Source of the DNA: Flavobacterium sp.
GTDB taxonomy: Bacteria; Bacteroidota; Bacteroidia; Flavobacteriales; Flavobacteriaceae
Length of the DNA: 64,000 nucleotides
Direction: 5' to 3'
NCBI GenBank assembly: GCA_043770135.1
Contig: JAYVIN010000020.1
Span: 33,929-97,928, forward strand
Positions 28,517-37,329 of the stretch are shown one piece after another. Each line of letters starts with the position of its first letter. Position 1 is the stretch's first letter. Position numbers and translations under genes: made by a program. Under the pieces are notes generated by a model, which was not told the origin of the DNA, did no database searches, and worked only from the letters and a program-made list of their open reading frames with translations.

Positions 28517-29123
28517 CACAGCCGAATTTATAATTAGTAATTCTGAAGTAGACAAATGTCCTAAAGACTTTTTGCCAGAGTATGCTTTTATTGGCAGGTC
28601 TAACGTTGGGAAGTCTTCATTAATTAACATGTTGACCAATCATAAAAACTTAGCAAAAACCTCAGGGAGACCCGGAAAAACTCAATTAATCAATCATTTT
28701 TTGATTAATAATAATTGGTTTTTAGTTGATTTACCTGGTTATGGTTATGCTAAGGTTTCCAAAAAAACAAAGTCGGTTTTTCAACAATTTATTACGGATT
28801 ATTTTGAAACAAGAGAACAACTTGTCTGCGCTTTTGTTCTAATCGATATTCGTCACGAAGCTCAGGCAATTGATATAGAATTTATGTCCTATATGGGCGA
28901 AAGCGAAATTCCGTTTTGTATCATTTTTACCAAAGCCGACAAGATTAGCAAAACCAAAATTGACTCACATATTGCCGCTTACAAAAAACAAATGTATGCC
29001 AATAATTGGGCCGAAATGCCTCCCTATTTTGTAACTTCTGCCACAGAATCTACCGGAAAGGAAATTGTGTTAGACTATATTGAGGAAGTGAACCAAGCCG
29101 TTTTTAAGAATAACGGGTTTTAA
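28506..29123 (+). CDS. engB: Ribosome biogenesis GTP-binding protein EngB/YihA/YsxC
   Basis: G1 GRSNVGKSSLIN, G3 DLPGYG and G4 TKADK. The start overlaps the hepT end by 11 nt. Confidence 0.93.
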   Translation: MKINTAEFIISNSEVDKCPKDFLPEYAFIGRSNVGKSSLINMLTNHKNLAKTSGRPGKTQLINHFLINNNWFLVDLPGYGYAKVSKKTKSVFQQFITDYFETREQLVCAFVLIDIRHEAQAIDIEFMSYMGESEIPFCIIFTKADKISKTKIDSHIAAYKKQMYANNWAEMPPYFVTSATESTGKEIVLDYIEEVNQAVFKNNGF

Positions 29124-29175
29124 ATTCATTACTAAAACACTCTAGAAGGGTTTGCTATAAACCAATAATTCCAGT

Positions 29176-30684
29176 CTACATATCCTTCAACTGTTCCAAA
29201 TAATCTCTTTCGTTCGACAATCTAGGAATTTTATGTTGACCTCCTAGTTTGTCTTTTGCTTTTAACCAATCATAAAACAAATTGGGTCTTGCAATATTGA
29301 TTATCAAAGGATTTAAGGTCATGTTGTTGTAGCGTTTGGCTTCGTAATCCGAGTTTAAAGATTGCAAAGTTTCATCTAATACTTTTTGGAAAAGCGCCAT
29401 GTCGGCTGGGTTTTTCTTAAACTCAATCATCCATTCGTGAGCTCCTTTTTCCTTTTCTACCATAAAAATGGGAGCAACGGTATAATCTACAATTTCCGTG
29501 TTGGTAATTTGACAGGCTTTGACAATAGCTTGATCAGTATTTTCGACCATCAGCTCTTCGCCAAAAACATTGATGTGGTGTTTCGTTCTCCCAGTTACCC
29601 GAATGCGATACGGATTCAAGGAAGTAAAACGAACAGTATCACCAATCTTATAACGCCATAAACCTGAATTAGTCGTGATAATAATGGCATAATTTTTAAA
29701 AAGTTCTACATCTGCTAATCGAATCGTTTTTTGATGTGGTGTGTCAAAAGTGTCCATTGGAATAAATTCGTAGAAAATACCATAATCCAGCATCAGTAAT
29801 AAATCACTGGAATAATTCAAATCCTGAATAGCAAAAAATCCTTCGGAGGCATTGTAAATTTCGTAGTATTTGAAATCTTTTTTAGGCAGTATTTTTTGAT
29901 ACTGTTCACGATACGGCTCAAAACTCACTCCGCCATGGAAATAAACTTCAAGATTGGGCCACAATTCTAGTAAATTTCCTTTGCCTGTTTCTTCTAATAA
30001 TTTATTTATTAAAACCAATAACCACGAAGGAACTCCTGCAAAACTAGTTACATTTTCGTTTTTTACTTCATGGATTATCGCGGGAATTTTTGTTTCCCAA
30101 TCGCTCATCAAAGAAATTTTATGGCTTGGCGTACTGCTATATTCCGCCCACATGGGCATGTTTTCAATTAAAATGGCTGACAAGTCACCAAAAAAAGTAT
30201 CGTTATCTTCATAAATTTTGGAGCTTCCTCCAAGGCGAAGACTTTTGCCCACAAACATTTCAGAGTTTTCATTGTTGTTCAAATATATACACAACAAATC
30301 CTTGCCCGCTTTGTAATGGCAATCTTCTAATGCTTCTGGACTTACAGGGATAAACTTACTTTTAGCGTTAGTTGTTCCGCTAGATTTGGCAAACCATTTA
30401 ATGGGCGTTTCCCAAAACACATTTTGCTCTCCTTGTCTAGTGCGTTCGATCAAAGGTTGTAATTCTTCGTAAGTCGAAACTGGTACTCTTTCGGCAAAAG
30501 TAGCATAGGAATTTATGGAATCAAAATCGTATTGTTGACCTATAATCGTATTTCCTGCCGCTCGAATCAAATTCATGAGCAATTCTTCTTGAACTTCGTT
30601 GGGATATTTCAAAAAAAGTTCAATTTGATGAATTCTTTGTTTTAGTACCCAAGAGGCAAATGAATTGATTACGGTTATTGGCAT
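29176..30684 (-). CDS. GH3 (auxin-responsive promoter) superfamily acyl-adenylate-forming protein
   Basis: 502 aa with FAKSSGTT near the N-terminal third and YNASEGF, a layout typical of bacterial GH3-family proteins. Confidence 0.8.
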   Translation of the reverse strand: MPITVINSFASWVLKQRIHQIELFLKYPNEVQEELLMNLIRAAGNTIIGQQYDFDSINSYATFAERVPVSTYEELQPLIERTRQGEQNVFWETPIKWFAKSSGTTNAKSKFIPVSPEALEDCHYKAGKDLLCIYLNNNENSEMFVGKSLRLGGSSKIYEDNDTFFGDLSAILIENMPMWAEYSSTPSHKISLMSDWETKIPAIIHEVKNENVTSFAGVPSWLLVLINKLLEETGKGNLLELWPNLEVYFHGGVSFEPYREQYQKILPKKDFKYYEIYNASEGFFAIQDLNYSSDLLLMLDYGIFYEFIPMDTFDTPHQKTIRLADVELFKNYAIIITTNSGLWRYKIGDTVRFTSLNPYRIRVTGRTKHHINVFGEELMVENTDQAIVKACQITNTEIVDYTVAPIFMVEKEKGAHEWMIEFKKNPADMALFQKVLDETLQSLNSDYEAKRYNNMTLNPLIINIARPNLFYDWLKAKDKLGGQHKIPRLSNERDYLEQLKDM

Positions 30685-30713
30685 AGATAGTAATGATTTT
30701 TGAGTGCTGATTT

Positions 30714-30721
30714 TAGATTTG
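30714..30721 (+). promoter_or_regulatory. Candidate -7 box (TAGATTTG) for the DUF2797 gene
   Basis: TAnnTTTG match 119 nt upstream of the ATG at 30840. It would give a leader containing the 30782-30805 hairpin and the heptamer repeats. Confidence 0.3.
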
Positions 30722-30767
30722 TAAAAAGAATAACAAATGTTAACTTTACAACTTTATCAAAAATAGT

Positions 30768-30775
30768 ATTTTTTT
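30768..30775 (-). promoter_or_regulatory. Candidate -7 box (TATTTTTG on the minus strand) for the GH3 gene
   Basis: TAnnTTTG match 84 nt upstream of the ATG at 30684. Confidence 0.3.
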
Positions 30776-30812
30776 TTAAGGAATTGAAAATTTCTAATTT
30801 CAATTTTTTTAT

Positions 30813-30840
30813 TCTAAAATCTAAAATCTAAAATCTAAAA
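30813..30840 (+). repeat. Heptanucleotide microsatellite (TCTAAAA)x4 abutting a start codon
   Basis: Four perfect tandem 7-mers at 30813-30840. The last A is the A of the DUF2797 ATG. Confidence 0.9.
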
Positions 30841-31634
30841 TGATATACGAAGGCACGCTTTCTAAAATGCAAACCGAATTTGCAAACCCAATTCAATATT
30901 ATTTGGTTTTTGAGACTAGTTTTTTGAATATGAATCAATTACTGGACAAACAACTAGAAATTAATTTTTTGGGTTACCAATGTTTGAATTGTGGCAAAAA
31001 GAAAAAAATTTTTCGACAAGGATTTTGTTACGATTGTTTTTATTCGAGTCCAGCCGTGGGCGATTGGATTATGAAACCCGAATTAAGCATGGCTCATTTG
31101 GGGATTCAAGATAGAGATTTGGCCTATGAAGAAAAAGTACAATTGCAACCCCATATTGTTTATTTGGCTTTGTCAAGCGAAGTAAAAGTAGGCGTAACTC
31201 GAAAAACACAAGTGCCTACTCGTTGGATTGACCAAGGCGCAACCCAAGCGATTTCAATCGTAGAAGTGCCCAATCGCTATCTAGCAGGAATTACCGAAGT
31301 TGCCCTGAAAAATCATTATGCCGACAAAACTAATTGGCGCAAAATGCTTCAGAATACTATAGAACCAGTCGATTTAATCGCCGAAAGATTGAAGGTAGAA
31401 AATCTAATCCCCACCGAAGTCCGAGATTTTTTTTATTCTCAGAAGATTGATTTGTACGAAATGCACTTTCCTGTTTTGGAATATCCGACTAAAGTAAATA
31501 GCCTAAGCTTGGATAAAATACCCAATTTTCGAGGAAAACTAAGAGGAATAAAAGGGCAGTATTTAATCTTTGAAGATGGCACCGTTTTTAATGTCAGAAG
31601 TTTTGAAGGGTATGTGGTGCGAATAGAAATATAA
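30840..31634 (+). CDS. DUF2797-like protein with an N-terminal four-Cys zinc-ribbon
   Basis: 264 aa with YQCLNCGKKKKIFRQGFCYDCF (CxxC...CxxC). Divergent from the GH3 gene. Confidence 0.7.
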   Translation: MIYEGTLSKMQTEFANPIQYYLVFETSFLNMNQLLDKQLEINFLGYQCLNCGKKKKIFRQGFCYDCFYSSPAVGDWIMKPELSMAHLGIQDRDLAYEEKVQLQPHIVYLALSSEVKVGVTRKTQVPTRWIDQGATQAISIVEVPNRYLAGITEVALKNHYADKTNWRKMLQNTIEPVDLIAERLKVENLIPTEVRDFFYSQKIDLYEMHFPVLEYPTKVNSLSLDKIPNFRGKLRGIKGQYLIFEDGTVFNVRSFEGYVVRIEI

Positions 31635-31640
31635 AATATG

Positions 31641-34238
31641 CTAAGGCGTTTTTGGTTCTTCTGCTTTTTTTCTTTTCCCAAACAAACCGTTCAATAATGC
31701 TCCCGCTTTTGCCTTAACATCTTCTTTTACATTTGTTTTTGTCGTATCGCCTTTGGGTTTAACAGCATTATTAATGATATTGTTAAAACTTTCTTTGCCT
31801 TTGGCTACGGCTTTTTCCTTTTGCTGTTTGACTAATTGATTGGTCAAATTCGTAACTGCCGTTTTCATATCGGTTGTGATTTTCGGTTGGCTAAAATTAC
31901 CTGTCATTAAGGCATTTATGGGGATGTTTTCAAGTTTTGCAGCGTCGGCAGGAGATAATTTCGAAAATAATGCATTCGCTTCGGTTCCTAAATATTTGGC
32001 TGGAACATCGAATTTCAAGTTATAATTCATGTTTTGGTCAAAACCGTGGCTTCCGCCAATAGTGGCTTTGATATCTTTGTATTTTATGTCAAAAGGTTTA
32101 ACATTTACCTTTCCGTCTTTGAAAGTTATAGCTGCTTTTAGATCATTTAAATTTATTTTGCTCATATCAATAAACTTTACATTCGAACTCAAAGCCGTCA
32201 ATAAAGTAGAGTTTTTTGCATTGACAGTAGTCGAAAGCAGTTGTCCCAACAAATCACCCGAAAGTGATTTTAAATCAGGTGTGAGTTCAATAGCATCCAA
32301 ATTTCCATTGAGTTTGATGGTCGAATTGAGCTTTCCGTTGATGATTCCAGCTATTGGAGCTATTTTTTTGAGCATGTCTAATTGGGTAAAGGATTCAGCA
32401 ATATTTACCTGATTGAGACCTAAATTCATATCGAATGTTGGCGTTTTTCCTTTGGTCGAAACCGCTCCATTTACGGCAATTGTACCTCCAAAAATTGATG
32501 TTTTAACATTTTCTAAAGTTACTTTCTCCTCCTTAATTATTAGTTTTCCTGAAACGTCTTTTAAAGTCAGATTATCGTACAAAACAGTTTTTGCTTTAGC
32601 GGTAAGCGAACAATTCAAGAAAGCAGGAATCTTCATTGCATCGGCTTTTTTTGTTGTTGCTGTAGTTGTTTTTTCGCCAGTGGTCATAAAATCACTAACT
32701 GCCAATAGATTGGAATTCATATTGAAATTGCCTTTCAATTCTTGGTTTTTGAATATAAAACCGTAAAAATTTTCTAAAATCCCAGTAACACTGATGTCGC
32801 TTTTTCCTGTGGTGGCAACAAATTGTTTTAGATTGACTTGACTTGGATTGAACTGAATCAAAGCCGTTTTTATAGTCATTGTTTTGCCATTTTCGTCTGC
32901 ATAGTTGAAGCCCGACAGACTCATTGTTCCCGCATTTTTGATGTTTTGGTATTGGCTTTTTTCTACCGATTGCATATCAAATTTGGTGGTTACATCGGCA
33001 TTAAGAATCCCAGACAATGGTTTGTCTAATTTTATAGGATAGGCTTTTGACAGATTCCCTAAATTGATGGTTCCTTTCAAAGCGGCATCCACTATCGCGT
33101 TTTGGGTTATATTTCGGATATTGGCTTTAGCATTAAAAACATCCTGATCGATGGCAAAAGACAATTTGTCCAAATTAACATAAGTATCATTCAAAACTCC
33201 GGTTTCGTTGATGATTTTTGTGTCGATTACAATATTACGAACTGATTTTGGGAGACTGGGATATTGAAACGAAGCGTTGTTAGAGGCGATTTCAATATTG
33301 AATTTTGGCACCGTTGTATCCGAATACAATCCTTTGGCAAAACCAAGAACTGTAAAATCGCCAGTTGTTTTCACACCTTCTAAACTCGATGCGTAACTAG
33401 CTGGAATAAGACCCAGAAAGTTTTTGAACGAGGAAGTAGGCGTTTTAAATTTCAAATCATATTCTTGACCCGCATCGATTAGCTGAATAAAACCATCAAA
33501 TTCTAATGGTAATTGGTTGATTAATGCCTTGTTTTCCTTGAAAGTATATTTGCTTTTTCCTAAATCAATTCCTAAAATAGCGTCTAAGGTCAGAGATACA
33601 TTTTTCATATAATTGACCTTGTCCATATCCAGCGATATTTTGGCAGTCGATTGGGTGTTTAAATCTAGCTTTTGAGCAGCAAAATCGCCAGTCCCTTCGT
33701 GATTTAAACTGTCGATTGTCATTTTTATTTTCGAACTTTCGTCGAAATAGCGAAACCTGAAATTTTCTATTTTATACTGCTGTATTTTCAAAGCCATAGG
33801 CTTGCTTTTACCATCTTCTTCTGGTTTTTTATCTTTCAGAGCGATGTCAAAATTCCCGATGCCGTCTTTGTTAAAAATGATATTTATCAAACCATTTTTA
33901 GTCGAAATCCCTTCTATATTTATAGCTTCCTCTTTTCCCTTAAACAATTCCTTAATAGACATTTTCAAATTCAATTCGCCTAATGAAACTAGTGTATCGC
34001 CCTCAAACGGAGCTTTGTTGATAATGACTAATTTCTCGATGCTAACATTTGCATTCGGAAAATTTTTAAACAAACTCAAATCAGCGTCTGCAAAACTTAC
34101 TTTGGCATCGACACCGTCGTTGATGGTTTTAGTAATTTTGGCTTTGATTTGGTCTTTGAAAAAAAAGGGAATAGCAAATAAAGCAACTATAACGAGGAGA
34201 ATTGTAATTCCGATGATTTTTAAAGTTTTTCTAAGCAT
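31641..34238 (-). CDS. AsmA-family outer-membrane biogenesis protein
   Basis: N-terminal TM anchor (MLRKTLKIIGITILLVIVALFAIPFFF) then about 840 aa of repetitive beta-rich sequence and a Lys-rich tail. The start is taken at the internal ATG 34238, which avoids overlap with sppA. Confidence 0.7.
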   Translation of the reverse strand: MLRKTLKIIGITILLVIVALFAIPFFFKDQIKAKITKTINDGVDAKVSFADADLSLFKNFPNANVSIEKLVIINKAPFEGDTLVSLGELNLKMSIKELFKGKEEAINIEGISTKNGLINIIFNKDGIGNFDIALKDKKPEEDGKSKPMALKIQQYKIENFRFRYFDESSKIKMTIDSLNHEGTGDFAAQKLDLNTQSTAKISLDMDKVNYMKNVSLTLDAILGIDLGKSKYTFKENKALINQLPLEFDGFIQLIDAGQEYDLKFKTPTSSFKNFLGLIPASYASSLEGVKTTGDFTVLGFAKGLYSDTTVPKFNIEIASNNASFQYPSLPKSVRNIVIDTKIINETGVLNDTYVNLDKLSFAIDQDVFNAKANIRNITQNAIVDAALKGTINLGNLSKAYPIKLDKPLSGILNADVTTKFDMQSVEKSQYQNIKNAGTMSLSGFNYADENGKTMTIKTALIQFNPSQVNLKQFVATTGKSDISVTGILENFYGFIFKNQELKGNFNMNSNLLAVSDFMTTGEKTTTATTKKADAMKIPAFLNCSLTAKAKTVLYDNLTLKDVSGKLIIKEEKVTLENVKTSIFGGTIAVNGAVSTKGKTPTFDMNLGLNQVNIAESFTQLDMLKKIAPIAGIINGKLNSTIKLNGNLDAIELTPDLKSLSGDLLGQLLSTTVNAKNSTLLTALSSNVKFIDMSKINLNDLKAAITFKDGKVNVKPFDIKYKDIKATIGGSHGFDQNMNYNLKFDVPAKYLGTEANALFSKLSPADAAKLENIPINALMTGNFSQPKITTDMKTAVTNLTNQLVKQQKEKAVAKGKESFNNIINNAVKPKGDTTKTNVKEDVKAKAGALLNGLFGKRKKAEEPKTP

Positions 34239-34248
34239 GACTCGATTT

Positions 34249-36009
34249 TTACTGAATGCTAATCTCAAATGGTAGTATTGTCTGAACTCCTTTTTGAGAT
34301 TGTATTCTTTTTAGTTTGCTAAATAGGGTGTAGGTTTCCTCTCCAAATTCTTCTTTTATAAACGATTCTTTCGACTTTGCAAAAGGCAGATTTTCTAAAA
34401 TATCATCGAAGCTTTTTTCGAATTCAGGATAGTTTTGGGTTTTGTACGTGTTTATTTTTGCTAATGCCGCTGCTTCTTTAGTGGCTGCTTCTAGTCCGCC
34501 AATTTTGTCTACAAGACCAATTTTTAGCGCCTCAGCACCCGACCATACTCGACCTTGAGCAACAGCATCAACTTGGGTGAAAGTCATTTTTCGACCCTGA
34601 GCAACATGTGATACAAAGGTTTTGTACACCTGTTCGACACTCTCCAATGTAACAGCTTTATATTTTTCGTCCAAAGGTAAAAAGGGGCTGTATTCCGAAG
34701 CGTTTTCGTGGGTTTTTACTTGTTCTGTGTGCAAGCCAATTTTTGTAGCCAGCTGGCTGAAGTTAGGCACTACCCCAAAAACCCCAATAGAACCTGTAAT
34801 CGTATTGTTTTCGGCAAAAATTTTGTTAGCATTACAAGCAATATAATAGCCGCCAGAAGCGGCATAATTCCCCATAGAAACTACTACGGGTTTTACTTTT
34901 TTGGTCAGTTCAATTTCTCTCCAAATTAAATCAGATGTTAGTGCGCTTCCGCCAGGACTATTGATTCTTAATACAATAGCTTTTATATCTTTGTCTTTTC
35001 TGGCTTCAACCAAGGAGCGTCGCATGGCGCCTTCGCCAATAACTTCTACATCTCCTTCGCCGCTCCTAATTTCGCCTTGGGCATAAATAATGGCAATTTT
35101 GTCTTTGGTGTCCAGTATTTCGGCAGTTGTAATCGTTTTTCGGGTATAATCAAGGATGCTTACTTTGTCGTAGTCTTTGTCTTGACTTACTTTTAAGGTT
35201 TTCTTTATGGCATCGTGATACACGTCTTCATAAGCGATAACATCAATTAATTTTTCTTTTAGTGCCATTTCTGGAGTTCTAGCCAGAAGTCTATTAGCAA
35301 TTTCATTTAGTTTTGCAACCGAAACGTTCCTGCTTTTAGAAATATCGCTAGTAACTGAAGTCCAAACGGAATTCAATAAAGCTGAAATTTGTTCTCTATT
35401 GGCATCGCTCATTTTGTTTTCTAGGAAGGGTTCAACCGCACTTTTGTATTTTCCATGGCGAATGACCTCCATTTTAACTCCGGTTTTTTCTTGAAAATCT
35501 TTAAAAAACATGATTTCGGCAGCAAGACCTTTAAAATCCAAATCGCCTACAGGATTTATATAAATGGTATTGGCGACAGAATTTAAATAATATTCTTTTT
35601 GCGAATACGAATTGGCATAAGCCATAATAAACTTACCCGATTTTTTGAAGCTTTCTAGTGCGTCTCGCAAGGCTTTTCTTTGCGCCATTCCCAATTCTGA
35701 ATTCGAATTTAATATAGAAATTCCTTGAATATCGTCGTCGGTTTTTGCGGTTTCAATAGCATGAATAATATCTACAAGTCCTACTTTTTCGCCATCTTCG
35801 AGTAAACTTACAAAGGGATCTTTGTATTTTCCTGCATAATCGTTTTTGATATCTTCTAAATTTAATTCGATAACCGAATTGGTTTTTACTTGCACTACTT
35901 CAGAATCACCTCCGAAAATTGCTGCAATGAAAACAATTCCAAATAAGAATAACATAATAAAGACAAACAAACCCACAATGGTAGCCAAAACATTTCCTAA
36001 AAATTTCAT
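34249..36009 (-). CDS. sppA: Signal peptide peptidase SppA, 67K type
   Basis: N-terminal TM helix and two S49/ClpP-fold halves (INSPGGSALTSD, GNYAASGGYY). Confidence 0.85.
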   Translation of the reverse strand: MKFLGNVLATIVGLFVFIMLFLFGIVFIAAIFGGDSEVVQVKTNSVIELNLEDIKNDYAGKYKDPFVSLLEDGEKVGLVDIIHAIETAKTDDDIQGISILNSNSELGMAQRKALRDALESFKKSGKFIMAYANSYSQKEYYLNSVANTIYINPVGDLDFKGLAAEIMFFKDFQEKTGVKMEVIRHGKYKSAVEPFLENKMSDANREQISALLNSVWTSVTSDISKSRNVSVAKLNEIANRLLARTPEMALKEKLIDVIAYEDVYHDAIKKTLKVSQDKDYDKVSILDYTRKTITTAEILDTKDKIAIIYAQGEIRSGEGDVEVIGEGAMRRSLVEARKDKDIKAIVLRINSPGGSALTSDLIWREIELTKKVKPVVVSMGNYAASGGYYIACNANKIFAENNTITGSIGVFGVVPNFSQLATKIGLHTEQVKTHENASEYSPFLPLDEKYKAVTLESVEQVYKTFVSHVAQGRKMTFTQVDAVAQGRVWSGAEALKIGLVDKIGGLEAATKEAAALAKINTYKTQNYPEFEKSFDDILENLPFAKSKESFIKEEFGEETYTLFSKLKRIQSQKGVQTILPFEISIQ

Positions 36010-36143
36010 AATTACTTTTTTTTATAAGTAGTCAAACGGCTTTGAATGTTACAAATTTAAGTTTAAAATTTCATATTTAGTTTTTAAATCAGCCTATAAA
36101 TAGTATTCTAATTCTAAAATTGTTTTGTTTATTTGTGGTTGAT

Positions 36144-37280
36144 ATGAAAACACAGCATCAGGTCGTTTTGGCTATAGGTAGTAATCAAGGAAATCGTTCT
36201 GAGAACGTTACTTTTTGCTTGAAAAAGATACACGAGCAAGTGGGTACAATAGTCAAAGTTTCGAAATTGTACGAATCTCCGTCTTGGGGTTTTGAGAGTG
36301 ATGCCTTCTATAATTGTGCTATTTTGATTCATACCTTTTCGTCTGCTCATCAAGTTTTAGAGCAGGTTTTGAGTATCGAAACTCAAATGGGACGTTTTCG
36401 GGGAGATACGCCTGGCTATCAATCTCGAATTATTGACATTGACTTGATTACTTTTGATTCGGAAATTATCCATTCGGAAAATCTTCAAATTCCACATCCG
36501 TTACTGCAAATCAGAAAGTTTGTTTTGTTGCCAATGTTGGATTTAAATTTAGATTGGATTCATCCTGTTTTACATAAAAATACGAGTGAATTACTAGAAA
36601 AAACAACAGATCAAAGTGATTGTATTCTAGTGAAAGAGCTACAAAATCCATTAGATGTAATTCCTTTGCAACACTTGAATTATATTGCTTTTGAAGGAAA
36701 TATTGGTGCTGGAAAAACTACTTTGACAACAAAAATCGCTCAAGATTTTAATGCCAAAACTATTTTGGAACGCTTTGCCGAAAATCCGTTTTTGCCTAAA
36801 TTCTATGAAGATCAATTTCGATATGCTTTTCCGCTCGAAATGGCTTTTCTTGCTGACAGATACAAGCAGCTTTCCAATGATATGGAGCAGTTTGATTTTC
36901 TAAAAGAATTTGTAGTTGCCGATTATCATATTTTTAAATCCTTGATTTTTGCCAAAATCACTCTTACTGAAGAGGAATATCAACTGTATCGAACGCTGTT
37001 TGATATTGTTTATAAACAAATGCCAAAACCCAAATTGTACGTTTATTTATATCAAAACACCGAACGATTATTGGTTAATATCAAAGAGCGAGGTAGGAAT
37101 TATGAGCAGAAAATAACGGCTGAATATTTAGATAAAATAAATGCGGGTTATCTGGATTATATTGATTCACAAACCGAATTGAATGTTTTGATTATCGATG
37201 TTTCGAATCGTGATTTTGTAAAAAATCAAGAAGATTATCTTTACATTTTGGACGAAATCAGAAATAAGATTAGCCAATAA
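36144..37280 (+). CDS. folK: Fusion protein: HPPK (2-amino-4-hydroxy-6-hydroxymethyldihydropteridine diphosphokinase) plus deoxynucleoside kinase
   Basis: The N-terminal half has LAIGSNQGN, YESPSWGF, IDIDLI and PHPLLQIRKFVLLPM (HPPK). The C-terminal half has FEGNIGAGKTTL P-loop, the ERF/ENPFL and dNK lid region. Start taken at ATG 36144. Confidence 0.8.
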   Translation: MKTQHQVVLAIGSNQGNRSENVTFCLKKIHEQVGTIVKVSKLYESPSWGFESDAFYNCAILIHTFSSAHQVLEQVLSIETQMGRFRGDTPGYQSRIIDIDLITFDSEIIHSENLQIPHPLLQIRKFVLLPMLDLNLDWIHPVLHKNTSELLEKTTDQSDCILVKELQNPLDVIPLQHLNYIAFEGNIGAGKTTLTTKIAQDFNAKTILERFAENPFLPKFYEDQFRYAFPLEMAFLADRYKQLSNDMEQFDFLKEFVVADYHIFKSLIFAKITLTEEEYQLYRTLFDIVYKQMPKPKLYVYLYQNTERLLVNIKERGRNYEQKITAEYLDKINAGYLDYIDSQTELNVLIIDVSNRDFVKNQEDYLYILDEIRNKISQ

Positions 37281-37296
37281 AGCCAAACTTCTTTTG

Positions 37297-37329
37297 CTTC
37301 CTTTCCTTTGGATTGGGTTGGGGTGAGGA
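37297..37329 (+). repeat. GC-rich mini-element, copy e (abuts the adhesin stop codon)
   Basis: CTTCCTTTCCTTTGGATTGGGTTGGGGTGAGGA. Its G-tract GGGTTGGGGTGAGG is the reverse complement of the copy-a C-tract. Confidence 0.75.

Noticed and set aside
31840-34275. Series of plus-strand ORFs (31840-32025, 32029-32412, 32413-32766, 32838-33029, 33802-34275) opposite the AsmA-like gene
   Set aside because: They tile the antisense strand of one continuous 875-aa ORF and have hydrophobic low-complexity products. They are most simply shadow ORFs.
27034-36143. Longer tracked starts: TTG 27034 (hydrolase), ATG 34268 (AsmA-like) and TTG 36120 (folK fusion); likewise ATG 52072 for the MbnP-like gene
   Set aside because: Each extension adds residues before an obvious signal peptide or TM helix, or before the conserved N-terminus. 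Each either overlaps the upstream gene (34268, 52072) or overlaps its own candidate -7 box (27034). Internal ATGs at 27064, 34238, 36144 and 52006 fit better.
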